In this document: piece by piece, positions 61,206 to 64,000 of the stretch | Layout of the letters: the number at the start of each line of letters is the position of its first letter | Numbering within the stretch: the stretch's first letter is position 1 | Assembly: GCA_020051175.1 (NCBI GenBank) | Contig: JAGVJJ010000011.1 | Location: 5,509 to 69,508, forward strand | Length of the DNA: 64,000 nucleotides | From: Bacteroidia bacterium | Lineage (GTDB): Bacteria > Bacteroidota > Bacteroidia > 2-12-FULL-35-15 | Direction: 5' to 3' | The notes under the pieces: model-generated | Databases searched by the model: none | Told to the model about the DNA's origin: nothing | Seen by the model: the letters and a program-made list of their open reading frames with translations, nothing else | Program-made: the position numbers and the translations under genes

Positions 61206-61497
61206 TTTCCGTTTTTGTTTCGCTTTCCGTTTTTGTTTCTTTTACAGGTTCTTCCTTTACCGTCTGTTCTTTCACAGGCTTTTCCTCTGCAACTTTATCG
61301 GTTGCTGTAATGATTTCATTTTCGTTAAAGGGAAGTTGATCTTTCGGCTGTTGAGTTTTTCTCAACGCATGAAGTTCATTGGCGATTTGAATAAGAATGT
61401 AGGCGTTCAGAACCAAAGCGCCAGCAATGGCGAGACCGATGAAAACCACATCACCTCTCAGACCTGTTATTTGGGATTGTACTCTAAAATTGCTCAT
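61192..61497 (-). CDS. single-TM protein with Lys/Glu/Thr-rich tail
   Basis: VVFIGLAIAGALVLNAYILI TM; VKEE/KTE repeats. Confidence 0.7.
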   Translation of the reverse strand: MSNFRVQSQITGLRGDVVFIGLAIAGALVLNAYILIQIANELHALRKTQQPKDQLPFNENEIITATDKVAEEKPVKEQTVKEEPVKETKTESETKTENEKQ

Positions 61498-61498
61498 G

Positions 61499-61888
61499 TT
61501 ATTTCGATTGATTTAGTTTTTGTAATTGATCTTCGTTCAGGAAATGTTTGGAAATAGATTCCGGTAAGCCATGTTTCGCCAGCCAATAGAGTAAGGCTTC
61601 AACCATAAACTTGTGGAATACCAGGGCGAAAATGAATGACTGAAACAGGTTTTCAATCTGCTGTAACTTATAGCCACGCATGAAATACAATCCCGCTCCG
61701 TACAATACGCCAACAATGATTACCCGGTAACGGGTGCGGGTGTGCGTACCGGTGACTTTCTGCAAACCCTCCTTTACTTTGTAATGGTTAAGACCATAGC
61801 AGATAATAATAAAGGTGATAATGTATGGCCAGTCGAGAGAGGTCATGTAATTTTGAATGTGTGAAATGATTTGTGTTAGTGTTTCCAT
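61499..61888 (-). CDS. three-TM membrane protein (holin-like)
   Basis: three hydrophobic segments in 129 aa. Confidence 0.65.
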   Translation of the reverse strand: METLTQIISHIQNYMTSLDWPYIITFIIICYGLNHYKVKEGLQKVTGTHTRTRYRVIIVGVLYGAGLYFMRGYKLQQIENLFQSFIFALVFHKFMVEALLYWLAKHGLPESISKHFLNEDQLQKLNQSK

Positions 61889-61913
61889 GTTATGATTTTT
61901 TATTCGTTAGTAA

Positions 61914-62273
61914 TCAGTTTGGTTTTTCCGAAAAAGAAATAATCCCCTCAACTGCTTTCAGATCAACTTTCTCAGGGATCTTCTTTTCATTCAGTTTTGC
62001 AAGCAGTGGTTCTGTTTCCTCTTTGGGTGCGCTTGCAAGCACTTTGGATGAATAGCTCATCAATTTCTTTACTTCCCACAGGTAGAGCTTGTCAAGTTCC
62101 TCTTTGAGTTTCTTAACAACACCTTCAGATAATTCCTTCTTTTGTTTTTTCGCTTCTTCCACCCACGATTTCACCAGCTTGTTAATGAACATGGATTTCA
62201 CCTGGGAATAAGTCAGGTAAATTGTTCCAGCTGTCAGCGATATGGAAAAAACGGCTATAAGTGCTTTCTTCAT
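61914..62273 (-). CDS. single-TM Lys-rich protein
   Basis: N-terminal TM, helical charged C-terminus. Confidence 0.7.
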   Translation of the reverse strand: MKKALIAVFSISLTAGTIYLTYSQVKSMFINKLVKSWVEEAKKQKKELSEGVVKKLKEELDKLYLWEVKKLMSYSSKVLASAPKEETEPLLAKLNEKKIPEKVDLKAVEGIISFSEKPN

Positions 62274-62287
62274 TTTAATACTCTCCT

Positions 62288-62500
62288 TTATGTTTTGCTT
62301 GTGAACATTGATTTAATCATGTAGTAAGTGGCGGTGCTTAATCCGGTAGCAACCACTATCGCAGCCACAAACTTGAATATAGTATCGTTCGTGAGCGTAA
62401 TTTTTACATCGGTACGTAAGCCTTCATCACCAAAAGTGTTATCGAGATACTTTTTCAGCAACCCTTTTTTCTGTTCTTTATCCTGTGTTGTCTCTGCCAT
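62288..62500 (-). CDS. small C-terminal TM protein
   Basis: 70 aa, TAATG coupling to the upstream gene. Confidence 0.7.
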   Translation of the reverse strand: MAETTQDKEQKKGLLKKYLDNTFGDEGLRTDVKITLTNDTIFKFVAAIVVATGLSTATYYMIKSMFTSKT

Positions 62501-63045
62501 TATTTTTTAGTTTTTGGTGGTTCAGCCACACGGTATTGTGGTAGCTTCTTCACAATTTCAAGTACTTCACCAACTTCTTCTTTGCTCAATCTGCCCTTCA
62601 AATCATCAATAAGGTTAATCTTGTCTCCTTTCGGATCATAGTAATATTGGTAAGCAACCTGTGATACCTGCACCTGGTCTTTCAGCGCACGGAAAACACT
62701 TTTGATTTTGTTCTCGTCATCGTCAAACACTCCCCAGGAATCCCGGATGTCTTTAGCGAATGATTTTGCGCTTGCTACAGTGAGCATATACATCGGTTTT
62801 TTGATTTTCTTTCCGATGTTTTCCCAATAGCGCATATCAAAAGCATTACTTTCTACCAGTCCAACCGTATCAGGTGCAATGTCTCTTTGCAACTCGCTGA
62901 AGAAAGCAATGGCTTTCTGATCTCTTTTTCTTCGCTTGGCGTTGAACACAGCAACCCCGATCCACACTCCGACAACGGTTACTACACCACCGATAATGAG
63001 AACCTTCGTATTGTTCTGTGCTATTCTGATTGCGGTTGCTTTCAT
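62500..63045 (-). CDS. membrane-anchored annexin-repeat-like protein
   Basis: N-terminal TM; AKDIRDSWGVFDDDENKIKSVF...VSQVAYQY...NLIDDLKGRLS. Confidence 0.65.
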   Translation of the reverse strand: MKATAIRIAQNNTKVLIIGGVVTVVGVWIGVAVFNAKRRKRDQKAIAFFSELQRDIAPDTVGLVESNAFDMRYWENIGKKIKKPMYMLTVASAKSFAKDIRDSWGVFDDDENKIKSVFRALKDQVQVSQVAYQYYYDPKGDKINLIDDLKGRLSKEEVGEVLEIVKKLPQYRVAEPPKTKK

Positions 63046-63476
63046 TTGAGTAAAGAAGCCGCCCTCCCTTGCGGTGTTAACATTGCGACATCAGATGCAG
63101 AAGTATTCTTAGCTACTTTGACAATAGCATACAGAATAGCAGCGATTACCGCAGTCAATACAATCGGTACTCCGTAGGTAAGTACTTTGGTAATCCCTTT
63201 ACCAAGACCCATGATGCTGCCTCCAAGATCCGCTGCGGAAGCAACGGCTGCTGTGGCCAGGTTGGTAACATCAATATCCTGCTTCTTGAAAAAAGCATTG
63301 AAGTCCGGGCGTGTCGTACACGAAGCTGTTGAACCATTCACCTGCCAGGTTTTCAGCCAAATGGTTTTCGCATTTTCAGCACCGAACTTTTCCTCCAGTT
63401 TTTTGAAATAGCTGATCCACTCTGAGCATTCAGAGCTTTTCTCCGGGATAATGATGTCTTGTATGATAATGGCCAT
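63042..63476 (-). CDS. C-terminal TM protein (putative virion membrane protein)
   Basis: ATGA overlap, Ala/Gly-rich amphipathic segment followed by a TM. Confidence 0.7.
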   Translation of the reverse strand: MAIIIQDIIIPEKSSECSEWISYFKKLEEKFGAENAKTIWLKTWQVNGSTASCTTRPDFNAFFKKQDIDVTNLATAAVASAADLGGSIMGLGKGITKVLTYGVPIVLTAVIAAILYAIVKVAKNTSASDVAMLTPQGRAASLLK

Positions 63477-63481
63477 TCCGT

Positions 63482-63670
63482 TTACTTTAAAATATTCTCT
63501 ACTTCCTTTTGCATTTCTTTAGGTTGAAGGGTTGGCAGGTTCTCCTGGATAAATTTTCCCAACGCCTTTCGGACTTTCACTTCACGCTCTCTTGCCTGAT
63601 TTTTGGCAAGAGTGGTGTAGATCTCTCTGCCAATCCATACACCCGCAGCGAGTATAAGTACCGTTCTCAT
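63482..63670 (-). CDS. small single-TM protein
   Basis: 62 aa, ATGA overlap with the amidase. Confidence 0.65.
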   Translation of the reverse strand: MRTVLILAAGVWIGREIYTTLAKNQAREREVKVRKALGKFIQENLPTLQPKEMQKEVENILK

Positions 63671-64000
63671 GCTTCAGCTTCAGTAGAGTTTGTTTCTGTT
63701 GACACTTTGGCAACTTCTTCTGTACTCACAACTGCTTTGTTGTATATGTTTGCTTCAGATACACGAATGGAGCGCAGCCAATCTCCCACATGGAAACTTG
63801 GACAGGCTTTGCCGTTTGCATTAGGAGCTTCGTTGTGGCCCAATACTACAATGCGCGGATGACGTTTAATCATAAACTTCACGTACACTTTCAGTGTGTC
63901 CAGTTGTTCTTTTGTGCGGGTATCCTTTGCTTTTTTGTTCTCAGCATCCATACCGCCTGCGTAAACAATGTGGCGGGCATTGCCGTTCAATCCAACAACA
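63667..64000 (-). CDS. N-acetylmuramoyl-L-alanine amidase (T7 lysozyme type), 5'-truncated by the window
   Basis: HIVYAGG, DTRT.EQ, LGHNE, KACPSF; frame is open to the window edge. Confidence 0.85.
   Translation of the reverse strand, partial: VVGLNGNARHIVYAGGMDAENKKAKDTRTKEQLDTLKVYVKFMIKRHPRIVVLGHNEAPNANGKACPSFHVGDWLRSIRVSEANIYNKAVVSTEEVAKVSTETNSTEAEA

Overview
Bacteroidota chromosome segment, judged from T9SS-type C-terminal sorting domains and TAnnTTTG promoter boxes. Bases 1-15.8 kb are housekeeping DNA: sucAB, MscS, anmK, acyl-CoA dehydrogenase, bioD, carbonic anhydrase, two paralogous T9SS proteins, pth-rplY-prs and tRNA-Leu(CAA). From the tRNA 3' end to beyond the right edge lies what looks like one large integrated provirus or island with three parts. 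(i) A left arm with a large serine recombinase whose ORF runs antisense through the tRNA, a replication-initiator-like gene with a candidate internal origin, a divergent Cro/CI-like switch and a long structured non-coding RNA. (ii) About 33 kb of visibly AT-richer cargo: an apparently complete inositol-phosphoceramide operon (spt, bCerS, CerR-like, MIPS, PgpA, GtrA, PIP synthase, AUR1-like) preceded by a tRNA-like element with a UAU loop, plus two TetR-RND-TolC efflux systems (one with an in-frame stop), a START protein and four MarR genes. (iii) A minus-strand morphogenesis/lysis arm with three peptidoglycan hydrolases, two paralogous fibre proteins, many small single-TM proteins and an annexin-like membrane protein, which suggests a lipid-containing virus. 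No capsid gene or attR is visible in the window. All annotations come from reading motifs by eye; no database search was run.
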